Shown one piece after another: positions 1 through 12,360 of a stretch of DNA of 64,000 nucleotides. Within the stretch, counting starts at the first letter, position 1. Each line of letters starts with the position of its first letter. This DNA is from Hypanus sabinus (lineage: Eukaryota): positions 23,312,001 through 23,376,000 of the forward strand of contig NC_082731.1 in NCBI RefSeq assembly GCF_030144855.1. The letters are read 5' to 3'. A program made the translations under genes and the position numbers. The notes under the pieces were generated by a model. That model made no database searches, had not been told where the DNA came from, and worked only from the letters and a program-made list of their open reading frames with translations.

Positions 1-1289
1 ATCTATGCCATTCACAAAAGTTCACAAAGAACTGGATCCGCAGGGCAGATCCTTACGGAATCCGACTGTACCTGGAACTCTTGGCAGAGTAACGCCCAGG
101 TTCGACTGCGCGCTTCCGTCCACGGAAAGTTAACGTCTGAATGCAACTGATCAAGTTTCTAGCATACGCTGTCCGCACTATTTCTAAATTAGCCGCCCAC
201 AGTAGAGCGAGTGTAAAGCCTTATCAAAATTCATATGCGCAATATTCTTTATGCAGTACTACTTTTTTCACTTCCAGAAAGAATTCCGTCAATATCCTGA
301 GGCACGACTGCACACACAGAGCTTTGTAAATTTTCATTAAGCATATACGTCTAAATTCTTGTAAAACCTTTTTCCATTAATTATCTGCAATAGTTATCCT
401 TATTAGATTTACGGAAAATTGGAATAGCAGTTGTCACTCTCTCTTCGGTTGGCTAATGTTTTGGCCCGTGGAGATGCAAGGTTACTGTCAGATGTCGGAG
501 GAAAATCTAAGTGTGCTTCCAACTGTTAACGGGGTTATACATGTGCTGCCCTGTATAATCATCGATACTAAATGTTCTCAAAGATATCAGCACGTTTTAT
601 TTTCTCCCCAAGTGTCGGCAGTTTATGTCATTTCAGCCTATTCTAGAGTAATCAATTTCGTCGTTATTTATCTCACACGCCAATACTGAAGGGAAATACA
701 TATCACCAATGTTATCCCTTTACTCGACCTATCAATCTCCTCCACTCAACTCCAGAGACATGCTTCTTCTTTCAGCCACGATCGGTTCCTCCCTCACTGC
801 TGTCATCATTTATCTTTTTACGTACGTGTGGAACGTGTTTGGCTTTTGCCCTTAATTTACTCGCCGGGTCTTATCAGGTCCTCACATACACTATAAATCG
901 TCCATTCATCTGCATCTTTATCGTTTCCTGCTCCTATCCCTTTCGACTTTGTCTAATCATTGCTAACAAAATCTTAACTAAGTTGCATTTTTTTCTTGTG
1001 TAGATGTTGCTCCTCTCTTATCAGCCATGGATCCTCTCTCTGCCACCCCTTACACTCAAATAACAAGTATATCGAGAAGCGCTTCTCCATACAGTACTTC
1101 CAATACAGTAATTTCTTCCTTCCTGTGTTGTTCCCACTGAAAGTGACTAAGTAGACGATCCGGTAAACACGTTCCGTCTTGCTACGCTATTATACACTCT
1201 TGGATTAGAAATGCCCATTCCGACATATTTACCTTATTTCCTGTCTCATTTGAAACTAATAAACAACAGAATACCCCTGAAACCACAAT

Positions 1290-1640
1290 AACAAATATAC
1301 TCCGCTTTGGCTGAGTGAACTTAGACTTTTCTCTTTGGAGCAACGGAGGATGAGAGGCGACCGGATAAATGTGTATAAGACGATGAGGGGCTTTGATCGT
1401 ATGGACAGCCAGAAACTGCGTTTTCAAAGCTGACATGGCAACCACGATGGTGCATATATTTATGGTCACTAGAAGTAGAGGATGTAACAAGTAACTATCT
1501 GGTAGTATTTGCGAGGAATTCACTGTCAGCGATGGTAGTAGAACCATTTGAAAAATGGTATGTTGGAGACTCTTCGATTGGTACATAGTGATTAGAAAAT
1601 TAGAGAACAATACAGTAGTTGAATACAAGCTGGTTTCTAG
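1290..1640 (+). mobile_element. CR1 LINE, degenerate 3' end of ORF2 and 3' UTR
   Basis: Sequence such as aggatgagaggcgaccggataaatgtgtataagacgatgaggggctttgatcgt matches the RT C-terminal block of the CR1 copies at 23.3-23.5 kb and 27.4-27.8 kb. Confidence 0.7.
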
Positions 1641-1849
1641 TGAGAATTGAGAACCGTTGTTTGGCAACCAGTGTTAGATATCAGATTTGCATTGCACAAA
1701 TCTGTTAGGTTGTGTCCAAATGCACACCCTCTGTTCGAAAGTGTAAGGCACAATCTATCAGATTCAATGCAGACCTATCATCGCTACCACGGAATTTTCA
1801 CAACTTTCGCAGCTGCATACACACTAAGCGAAGTCAAGTGACTCTTTAA

Positions 1850-2010
1850 TTAGGTATATGACTCCTGAAAATTCATGTGTTTTCTATCCTTGTTAATTAC
1901 TCACTGACTTTATTAGCCGGATAACCCTTTATGGATCAGAACTGATGAAGTCCGTCGGATGAGTGGCGAAATTTCTTCCGGACAACTATCAATTCCAGCT
2001 GCCATGATTT
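1850..2010 (+). mobile_element. Penelope-like element terminal relic with a degenerate minimal hammerhead ribozyme (1938-1980)
   Basis: CTGATGA core at 1942, stem II GTCCGTC-GGAT-GAGTGGC (5 of 7 pairs), GAAA at 1968. This is the layout of minimal type I hammerheads in Penelope-like elements. Confidence 0.5.
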
Positions 2011-2667
2011 ACTGCAGTTTCTAAATGCAGCTTCCTGGAAGACTTAGGGTCTTCTTGGACAAACGTGGTTATTTCCGCCGTTATGTAAATCATGTGTAAT
2101 AAATTATCGCCATATCTGTGGTAAAACCAGCGGAGACCTGTAAATTGGTTAAACATACACTGGAGACACTTTTCACGGGCTTGTAGCATGTTGTGCAATC
2201 TCATCTGTGAAACGTCGTCCATTCTTTCCGAAAATCCACCAGACAGCACTGCCTATTCTGTTTTTCTTTTAAATATATTTCTTCAGTTAATTTCATCAGA
2301 TTTATTGGACACAGCTTTCCCTTGAGGAACCCCTGCTGATTAATACCTATGTTACTGTATGCAATCAAGTACCTTGGAACTCATCCTTAATGATCAGGTC
2401 CAAATGCTTTCCAGCCACTTTTTCATACACTAGCTAATATTGCCTCATTAAATTTGGAGTGGATATTAAGAACTGAAGTTTCTGTGTATGATGTAACAAA
2501 ATTACGACGCGTATTTTTTGTTTACTATTTGCCAACGACAGCAATACAATTTGCTGGAAAATAGTTAGTTTATCAGACGGCTCCGACGAAACTTTTCAAA
2601 CATATGCTTGGATTCGTTAGTGAGCAAACGTTCACAAGAAAGGAATCTATGTATAAACATAACACAT

Positions 2668-3500
2668 GAATTACTGAAGGAACTCAGCAGACCAGGCAAC
2701 CGCTATGGAAACGACTAGAGTCTACGTTTCGGGCCATGCTCCTTAACTAGGGTCGGAGATAAATTTGAGGAGTATGAGTGAGGAACTGGGAGAATCAGCG
2801 GAAGAGCCACGAAATGACAGATGAAACAGAAAGGGGCAAAACTAACCTAAAGAGCAAGGAAAATAATTTTGTAACTGATTCAGGGCTGGACAGGATGGAA
2901 TAACTTGGGGGGAAGGAAAGCTGAACGAGCAATTGAGGCAGATGATGGGCAGGTAACGACCTATGGTGAGAGACGGCAATGGGAATGGGGAGGCGAGAAG
3001 GATAGGGGAGCTAGTCATTCCCAGAATTTCGAGCAACCCATGGTCACATCTCATGGTTGGAAGCTGTGGTCTACCCTGATGGTTTGAGCAACGAATTCCC
3101 GAACTTCTATTAAGGCATCAATCCCATCTTCTTCACGATACCCTATTTCCTTTTATCTCTCACACCTTATCTCCTGATCTGCCATTTAACTCGCTCTGAT
3201 GCTCCTCCCCTTTTCATTCGTCAATAGCCATCTGTCCTCTTCACTCATTCCGACTCTGTTCACTAGCCCTGTTTCACCATCTCCTTCACCGATCAACTTT
3301 CCACCTCTTTATTTCAGTTTTCCTCGACCTTGTGGTTTCACCTATCACTTGTGTTTTGTTATTTTCCTGTCCTATATGCACTTTTTTATTAGGACTCCTC
3401 ATCTTCGTTCTTTTAATCTTGGCGTAGGGGCTTGGCGTGAAACGTCCATTTTACATATTTTCATTGATTTTGCCTTGCTTGCTTAGTTCCTCCAACGTTT
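2668..3500. repeat. Penelope-type repeat present as two inverted arms, each with a decayed hammerhead motif
   Basis: 2670-2750 (gaaggaactcagcagaccaggc...tacgtttcgggcc) is loosely the reverse complement of 3418-3490 (...gaaacgtc...cttagttcctccaac). The purine-rich 2750-3060 mirrors the pyrimidine-rich 3130-3400. Confidence 0.5.
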
Positions 3501-3933
3501 TCCGTTATCGCTTGTATTCCAGCAACTGTAAGCCATTTTCTTTATTTCTGATTGATGTGGTATAAACCGGTTATATTGCTGATAGCAGCCAGTGGTTCTC
3601 CGGAGCAGTAGATGCAATGGAAAACAGTGTGTTTTTAACTTTTATATCTTCCACATAAAGATTAAATTTGTGGACATTCTTTCATTGGGGAGGGGAGAAG
3701 GAGTTGCTTTCAGGACATATTTTTTGTGATATTGCATTATATCGTTCTGAGGTGCAAGGAGCACAGCTTTGTTACTCTCTCAGGCCAACTTCCCTTACAT
3801 AGCTTTGATTAACAGAAAGTGAACACATTCAAAAGTCTGCGGTTGTTATTCTGAATTTGAAGTATGCGTTTACTTTGAATTTTTTGGTGTTTTCTAATTA
3901 ATTTGTGTTTGCAAATAATTGTTTGGAATACAT

Positions 3934-4072
3934 GCTGCAGTCCGATCAAACACGGTCGGGTCGTTTGGGCGAGGGTGTATGATGTTAAAAGACTGGAAAA
4001 ACCTGACGACCCCAGCTAACATTACGAATGATGGGACCTAGATCAGCATCATACAGATGTTTCTGTAAGAAC
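3934..4072 (+). repeat. 5' copy of the ~140-bp direct repeat bounding the HERO element
   Basis: gctgcagtccgatcaaacacggtcgggtcgtttgggcgagggtgtatgatgtt...cagatgtttctgtaagaac aligns colinearly with 7175-7315. Confidence 0.85.
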
Positions 4073-7000
4073 GACCTCCTGGGACACCAGTGGCTACCAC
4101 AAAAAGACTAGTTGTTGACCAAGAAAGTTTAGGTACTACCAGGAAGAGTCTGGTTGACAGCCTGGAAAAAGAAAATAAAGGTAAAACAGCAAACGGGGCG
4201 GATAGGGTCGGCAGCCTGAACCGCAGCTCCTTTCCAGGAGTACAAAAGAAGGCTACCGATCAAATAATTGAACGATACCCCCAGAGCAGCCTGAGGATGG
4301 AGCTGGAAGAGCTTCAAAGCTGGACGCATACAAGGCTACCACCATTTGCAAGGGGCAAATGACAAACAGAATACTGTTCATCTATGGCAACATTTGCAAA
4401 AACCAGAGAGGCTTGAAAATCCACCGGTCAAGGATGAAATGTAAAGAGCAACAGAGAGCACCGCAATGCGCACATTCCCAAACTGGTGCCACATAGGAGG
4501 AACAGAGTCATGAAGCACCCCACCGTACCCAGCGCCTCCGCGTGGTGCACGCTGTACATCACAACATGCCATCTCAGACCTTGTGGTGCAGATGGCCCAA
4601 AGCCTGCCCGAGACCAGTGTTCCAAAGATTTGATGAGGACCTAGATATAGTGTTGGAAACAGTGGCTAAAGTTGGTGTGGAGAACAGATTGCAGATAATC
4701 ACAACAATCACCACAGCATCACAATAGTGGCAGCAGGAAATTATGTTAACAATGAAGAGTAGTGGGCCTATCAGACATGTGTTAAAAACAACAGAGCCAA
4801 AAAGTCCCTAAAGAATGCGCTCAAGCAACAACATAACTTGTCAAACCATGAGGAAAGAGCACCACTGGAAGACCTATGTGTGATGCTGAGGAAAAGGCTC
4901 ATTACTCTGAAAAGATCAGAGCAACATCGGAGATGCAGGAGAGAAACAGCACGGAAAAGAATTACATTTACTTGTAACATTTCAGATCACTTAGCAGCTG
5001 CTGGGTCAGAAGAAAAGCGAAAAGCTGTCCGACACTAAGGAACAGATGGACCACCATTTTCTGATCACCTTCAGTAATCCAGACTGAGAGGTTGAGCTGG
5101 GAGACTTTGAGGTCTTCATCGCTCACGCAGAGCCAACAGATGCTTTCAAACTTCGAGAGACTACCTTCAAAGAAGTTCAGCAAGTAGTCAAGAAAGCCAG
5201 AGTTGGCTCAGCAACTGGTCCGAGTGGCATTATTTACAACATCTAGCAATGCTGCTCTCGGATTCTCCGGCGGCTGTGGACAATCCTCAAGATCGTCTGG
5301 AAGAGAATGTGCGAAAGGAGTGTGTATTTCAAAAGAAGAGAACTCCAAGAACATCAGACAGTTTAGGATAATATCCTTGCTGAGTGTTGAAGGGAAGATC
5401 TTCTTTAGAGTGTTTGCAAAGCGCCTAACAGGGTACTTCCTGAGGATCAATTACATCGATATCTCGGTCCAGACGGGTGTCCCTCCAATGGTAGCAGGCT
5501 TCTTGAAGCACACTGATGTTATCACACAGCACCTGAGAGAGTCCAAAGTGAATAAGGGTGAGATGAAGTTTTTTTTTTTTTTATTATGTGTTTGGATTTG
5601 GCCAATGTCTATGGATCAATCCACTAAAACGTTGTTGAAGAAACTCTGAAGAGTCGCCATATTTCTGAAGGAATTCGATGCCTCCTTATGGATTACTACA
5701 ACGAGTTTCACCTGCGAGTCTCAACATGGCCAATATCATCAGACATTTGCAGGCTGCACATTTGTAACAACGCAGGCTGCAACATTTCAGTTATCCTTTT
5801 CGCCCTGGCAATCAATATGCTGTTACAATCTGCATAGCCAGAGTGTCGAGACCTGAAATCAAGATTTGGGAACCGCCAAACACAAACACGAGCCTTCATG
5901 AATGATCTGACTGTCACGACGGCGACAGTGCCGGTTGCTAGATGTATTCTTCATGGGCCAGATAGGTAGATGAGGTTGGCAAGAATATCCTTTAAGCCTC
6001 AAAATGAAGATAAGTAGTGCTGTGAAAGGGGAGAGAACAGGAGAAATTTAGTTTCTCTATTGAAGTCATTCAATTTCCTACCATCACAGAGACCCGTGTT
6101 AATCTTGCTGGGAAGATGTTTGATGCAACACTCAGAAATAAGAAACACCTCTGGGAAGTTTGAACAATGGTTGCAAGAGGTTGACAGGTCTGGCCTTCCA
6201 GGGCGGTTAAAGGCATGGACTTACCAGCACAGTACACTACCAATAATACTTTGGCCACTGCTTATCTATGAGTTTTCAATCTCAACTGTTGCTAAATTAG
6301 AGAGTGTAGTCAGTCAATCCCTGCGACAATGTTTGGGCACCAAGAAATACAAACAGCATTGTTCTGTATGGGAATAACTGCAAACTGAGGTTCTCCCTGA
6401 AATCCATCGAGGAGGGGTTCAAGGATTTGCGAGCAAGAGAGGTGAAACAGTTCTGGGAGTCTTCAGATCCAATGGTTGCCAGAGCAAGAGAGGGAGTGTG
6501 AACTGGAAGAAAGTGGAGAGCAGAAGCTGAGGCGCGACTACGCCGCAAAGTGCTGGTGAGGGCAATGGCCAAGGGAACAGTTGAACTTGGGTGCCTTGAT
6601 GTCCCCCATTTCGACAAAGTCCAAGGGAAAGAGCAATGAGGTCTGGCCCAACGTGAGGTGAGGGCAGTTGTGGAGGTGGAGAGGACCGTCATGTCAGGTG
6701 TTCTGAAACAGAGGGAGCCCGGACCAAATGGGAGCAAGTGATCAAGCCAAAGATCATGTGGTGTGATCTCTGGAAGGTAGATCCACACCACATCGGTTTC
6801 CTTATCCAGTCTGTTTATGACGTCCTTACTAGCCCATTCAAACTGCATTGCTTGTGCCTTGTAGAACGACCACCTTGTTCACTCTCTGAGAAGACCAGGA
6901 CGCTAGAGCATATACTAGGAGGCTGCCATAGAACTTGCTGATGGCCGTTATCGGTGGCGGCATGACCAAGTCCTCCGAACAATTGCTGAAACAACCTGCG

Positions 7001-7174
7001 GCAGTACATTACGGCCCGACGTTGTGTTGTCCGAGTCATCGAAGAAAGTCGTTATGCAGTACAAACTGGACTTGGAGTGACGGTAGACAAAAGAAAGGGA
7101 TTCATTTTTATCACCTCAGGTACAGCAGAGAAAGCGTCAGATAGTTCTGAATAAACAGGGCAGATCCGTAGGTT

Positions 7175-7315
7175 GCTGCGAGGTCAGATCAAACCCGGTC
7201 GGATCGCTTGGGCGAGGGTTTATAATGTTGAGTGACCCGAGAAACCAGACGACCTCAGGTATCGTCACTGACGATGTGCCCTAGCCTAGAATCATGCAGA
7301 TGCTTCTCTGAGAAC
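7175..7315 (+). repeat. 3' copy of the ~140-bp direct repeat bounding the HERO element
   Basis: gctgcgaggtcagatcaaacccggtcggatcgcttgggcgagggtttataatgtt...cagatgcttctctgagaac aligns with 3934-4072 and begins just after the decayed ORF end. Confidence 0.85.
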
Positions 7316-7949
7316 TGATTTCCACGTCTTTTGAATTTTTTGCGAAGTGACTATTTGACGATCTAAAAAAAAATACAAAATGGCGCTGGGCATATTCAGC
7401 GACAATTCGTCTGTGACACTCCAGCTTTATACATGTTATACTCTCTGACTGGGATTGCTGCTGTACTCAGCCTGTAATTTATTTTGATGAAACAGAGCTT
7501 GAAACGGTTTACGTTTTCAGGATATCTGCGATGTTAATTTTTGCCATTTCCTGAAGGTCTGGCGTTTAAATACCAAAAGTATGCATATGGTACGAACGGC
7601 GGACATCATCAGAAGATAGCGTGGATCAGATTAAACCATCCATGGTCAGTAAATGAAAATACAACAGGTGATCATCAATGCGTCTTAATTCTTAACTTTT
7701 GTGTCTGATTCCCAATTATTTGTTGTCAGGCATTCATCGGGCGCCTGCCCCATTCTGGATGGCTTCACACATTATAGTACTGATTTGACTACACAGCATA
7801 TAGAGTCACTTTCTGGATTCAATATGCATGATTTTTGATTGTCTTTGTTTTCCTAAGCGAGCCTGCATTATAGTTGTTTTGTGCTTGCGTACAGTTGGTA
7901 CACTTTGATAATGAGTTTATTTTTCCTACTGACACATAAGCAGTATTCA

Positions 7950-8557
7950 CAGGGAGCAGCGAACTCTGCCTATAATTGCACCTCTCGCAAGGCATTTATG
8001 CTCCTCCACCTCACTATCTGCTCTAACAATCTGGTTACACTCCCCCTGCAAATCTAGTTTATACCCCGCGGAGCAGCACCATCAAATCTTCCTGAAAGGA
8101 TGTTAGTACGCTCCAGTTCAGGTGCAACCCGTTTCGGCGGAAATGATCCCACTTCTCTGGAACAATGCCCAATTGTCCAGAAATTCTCCCTCCAGCACCG
8201 ACTCCTTAGCCACGTCTTTAGCTGCATTGTCTTCCTATTTTTTCACCTCGCTGGCACGTGGCATGGGTCAGAACTCTGGGATTGCGAGCCTGGAGTCCTA
8301 TCCTTCATTTTTGCACCAAACACCCTAAATTCTCTTTGCAGGTCCTCCTCCTTCTTCCTATCCACTTAATTTGTCCCTACATTTCCGCGACATCTGGCTG
8401 CTCACTCTCCCTTTTTGAGAATACTCAGCGCTCGAACCGAGATATCGCGGACCCTCGCGCTAGGGTGGCAACAGACCATCCGGGATTCCCCATCACTTCC
8501 ACAGAACTTCTTATGTGTCTTATGTGTCCCACAAAATATCGAATCCCCTGTCACTAC
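7950..8557 (-). mobile_element. CR1 LINE fragment (ORF1 esterase region and ORF1 stop); left half of a CR1 split by a Gypsy insertion
   Basis: Homologous to 30530-30820 and 34270-34770 (gcacgtggca...gattg..a.cctggagg; aatcccct.tcactac). ORF1 stop AAC TAG lies at 8054-8059. Confidence 0.7.
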
Positions 8558-9325
8558 TGTTACACGCTGTAACGGGTTAAAAAAGGACCAGGAGAAACGA
8601 ACACTCCTGGAGTCGAAATCGTCCGTTAGGAACACTATTTTATTCGTAACTACGTAATAAAGTAATAAAAAACAAAATAAGACAAAACCGGTTTGCAGAG
8701 CATATGCATATAGCAGTGTATGAATTAAGTTCCCGAGTTTCTCCCAGCTCAGGTGATCAAATGATACAGTTTTACGTTTGTATGTTAAGAAGTTAGTAAC
8801 GTCAGTACAGTTCTGGAACTTGAANNNNNNNNNNNNNNNNNNNNNNNNNNNNNNNNNNNNNNNNNNNNNNNNNNNNNNNNNNNNNNNNNNNNNNNNNNNN
8901 NNNNNNNNNNNNNNNNNNNNNNNNNNNNNNNNNNNNNNNNNNNNNNNNNNNNNNNNNNNNNNNNNGTCTTTCGAGTGCCTCTGCCGTCGAATCATTAACG
9001 TCGTCCTCCTGTCCCGAAACTTATTAAAGTCACTAATTGTGACCACAAAAAGGAAACCGTCTTCTATGCTCGAGTTATCAACGCAGGCCAGGGTTAAACA
9101 CACCGATAGCTCCAGACTGTTCCCTCTTTTGACCACACTGTGCGAAAGAACCCCACCTTTGTCGTGGGCACACAAATCTCAACCAGTGTCAGTGTCTTCC
9201 TTGTGTCTGGTATGCCGAATGTCTGATTACAAAGCTAGCTGACCTTGTATATATTCTCCAAGTGCTGAATACCAGCTGCCCATCACACAGTTCCGCCTTT
9301 CAGTTTCCATGGCAACTCACGGACA
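8558..9325 (-). repeat. 3' LTR of element A (contains an assembly gap)
   Basis: Colinear with 12361-13067. It starts TG; the right boundary is uncertain by about 10 bp. Confidence 0.75.
8825..8965. other. Assembly gap (141 N)
   Basis: Run of N. Its flanks (gaacttgaa / gtcttcgag) bracket a purine-rich GA microsatellite region in the sister LTR at ~12620-12710. Confidence 0.98.
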
Positions 9326-12300
9326 TTCTCTCTCTCCGTTGCTGAAATGGCACAAATGTCATACACTTGCAAGATCAGATTCCAGTACAGAAACCTACCT
9401 GATCCTTCATATTTCTCAAAAAAACTAATGGATTGTGTTCCGTGTAAACCACAACTGGTTTCTGCGCAGTGCATATGTAAACATCAAAATGTTGCAATGC
9501 TAAATTGAGTGCAAAAAGCATTTTTTTTTTCAATAGCAGTTTTTTTTTTTCTAATTCATGTTATTTCAGAAATAAGCTACTAGATGTTCAACTTTATCAT
9601 CATCCCCTTGAAGGATACTGCACCGGTAGCTTCATCACTAGCATCTACCACGATCGAAAATGGTTTATTGAGATCAGGCACTTTGAGCACCTGGTGATAA
9701 CACAGATTGGTTTTCAGGCGGTGAATTGTCTCTTTGCAAAGGCTGGTCCACACAAATCCTACACTCTTCCAAAGGAGTTTCTTTAGGGTGAGAGCAATGT
9801 TTCCGCAGTTCTTACAAAACTTACGGTAATACCAAACATTCCTGGAAGCCGTCTTAACGCTTTCTTGCCCGTCGGAACAGGAACATCAGCAATTGCCTAA
9901 ATCTTGACCTGCACGGGAGTCAGTTTGCACTGCCCTACTACTTAGCCAAGATACGTGAGGCAAAATTCACGTTTACAGTTTTACAGTGAGGTTTGTCTTG
10001 TCAGCCTCTCAAACAGTATCTCTTCTGCTGATATATGTTCTTCCCGAGTGTCATTCCATGCAACTAAATCATCAGTATAAGCCCTTGTATTTTCTGAACC
10101 CTGATTCCCTCAAGTCATCGACATTTGGAGGGTCGCCGGAGCATTTTTCGTCCCAAAGGTTAAAACATCCTGCTCAAAACGTCCAGACGCGGTCACAAAT
10201 GCAGATATCACCTTTGCCCGTTCTGTCAAAGGAACACACCAGTATCGGGTTAACAGGTCATTCTTTGTAAGATATTTAACCTTCTCCACTCTATCAATAC
10301 AGTTATCCGATCTTGGGATCGGATAAGCCTCTCTTTTTGTTCTTGCATTAAGCATTCTGTAGTCAGTACAGAATATCAGGCTCCCGTCCGGCTTAGGGAC
10401 AATCATGTAAGGCGACGCCACTTTTGAGGTAGATGGCCCAATAATGCCGGCTGTCTGTTTGTATTAAGTTTATAGTTTAAACATTTTGTTTGTGTTGTGG
10501 TTCATTCCATAATAGTGTTGCTTAATGCGATCAACTTTATCTACAATTAGGCCATTCACCACAACTGTGCATTGTCTTGACTGTTTGGGAATAAATATTT
10601 ATCTTTATTAATTAAGCTGTTCAGTTGTTTTTGCTGCCTCGGCTCAAAATGACGGATCTATCTGTCAATATCTTGTAAAATGTCAGAATTTCCGACACTC
10701 GTGGAGACTAACTAAGCTTATTAAAATTATCTGGTATCCCAGTACCAGGCGCCACAATTTTCTCTGTTGTCATAACAGTGCTTACAGGTGCTGGTTCGGG
10801 GTAAAGATAAAGCTTGAACATGTTGACGTCAACGACTTGCGTAGCCTTCCTTCGGTCAGGAGTTCTAATAACATAATTCAGAGAATCATTTTGCTTAATT
10901 ATCTCATATGTTCCACTAAATCTCGCTTGAAGGGTGTTATTATGGACGGGGAACAGCCGTCATCTTTATCCGAGAGTGCTGTAAACTCTGTCTCGCAAGT
11001 TCACAAGCCTTGTTAAGTCTGTCTGTTAATTTCAAGACATAACAAAGCGGGCACATCTGAACTGAACACTGCTGTCTGAGATGGGTCAAAAGCACCCTGG
11101 CTTTGTGACCAAAAACAAATTCAAACTGGCTTACCCCCAGGGTTTCTTGCACAGCGAATAGTAATAGGGGAACATTCTCTTCCCAGTTTTTTTTCCCCAC
11201 ATAATTCGTTTTAATCATGTTCTTAAGAGTGAGGTGAAACTGTCCACAGCCTCCCAGGACTCTGGGTGATATGCAGATGACACAATGTGCTTAGCGCTCA
11301 ACTCACCAACAGTCTACTGGAATATTTTCGAAGTAAAGTTAATACCCTGGTCAGATTGGATTTCTTTACGTAGACCTACCAGTGTGAAAAACTTGATGCG
11401 TGCTTTTTCCAAAGCCGTGGCCTTGATGTTTCTGAGAGGCAGCACTTCAGGAAACCTAGAGCCAACACACGTAATTGTTAACAGATACTCATAGACAGCT
11501 ACAGTATTTGGCAATGGGACAACACAATCCTCTATGACCCAGTGCATTCCAGTCCGGACAACTGTCTGTTATAAGATTTCTGTACCAGTCGCAGTTTCAA
11601 AATTCCAGTTTACTTTGAACCTGCCAGCTACTCTCTGGGAAAATCTCATCCAGAGTAAACGCAAATTTGTGGGTTAAAACGACCTCATCTGCTACTGTAG
11701 CAAACTCCCGCAATGTAGCAGCTTCCTTTTCATTTAGATACGCCCTTCGTCCATCGGGAAAACACTTCTACTCTCCTCAATAAAGACGAGCTCCTTCAAG
11801 CTGTCCAAACCATCAGTTATCCCTTCCGAGGAATGCCAGCGATTGAAGTAGAAAAATATCTCCTTCTCAAACTTTCTCTGTTCTCCTGCTTCTTCTCCAT
11901 ACTTGTCAGCCTCCCTAGCATCATGTACCCTCTGCTATTTTGCTTCATCACCCTCGCGCTGTTTTAACTGCAACTCATGCTCATACTTCAATTTTGCTGC
12001 CTGAAGCGCTAGCTCAGCCTGGGTAAACACTTTACTTTCAGCAAACAGTTCTAAAATCACCACATCGAATATCCACGTGAATATATTATTCCCTGATACG
12101 ACCAGATTTATCTCAGCCTTCTTCATTGGAGTGGTAGCCTTAACTTTTATCTTGTGAGCAATTCCCAACAACATATCCTCCCTGGCCTCATTCTGCGCCT
12201 CAAGAGTTTGGGCTGCCACACAATTATTGATATAAAACTCATTTTCTGCTGATTATCCACTCACACACATTTCACCAAGCAAATCTACTGTTCAATATAG

Positions 12301-12360
12301 CGCACAACAAGTTTTAGAATGGCTCCCAAAATATCAATATCCCAGACGAGCCTCAAATTT

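Larger units (their letters stand above)
3934..7315 (+). mobile_element. HERO-type non-LTR retrotransposon (RLE clade), decayed single ORF: zinc finger, RT, CCHC, RLE
   Basis: N-terminal zinc-finger relic (Y)GNICKNQRGLKIHRSRMKC at ~4380-4443. RT motifs FRIISLLSVEGKIFF, LDLANVYGSI and AFMNDLTV. Knuckle region TLEHILGGC...RYRWRHDQVL and RLE motif TLRPDVVL at ~7005-7030. Many stops and frameshifts. Confidence 0.85.

Noticed and set aside
30-232. Possible plus-strand V relic ending in CACAGTA (198-204) plus TCAAAATTC
   Set aside because: The spacer is 19 nt, the nonamer is poor, and Ig-like words (LC..NWIR, HYF) are scattered over different frames with wrong spacing.
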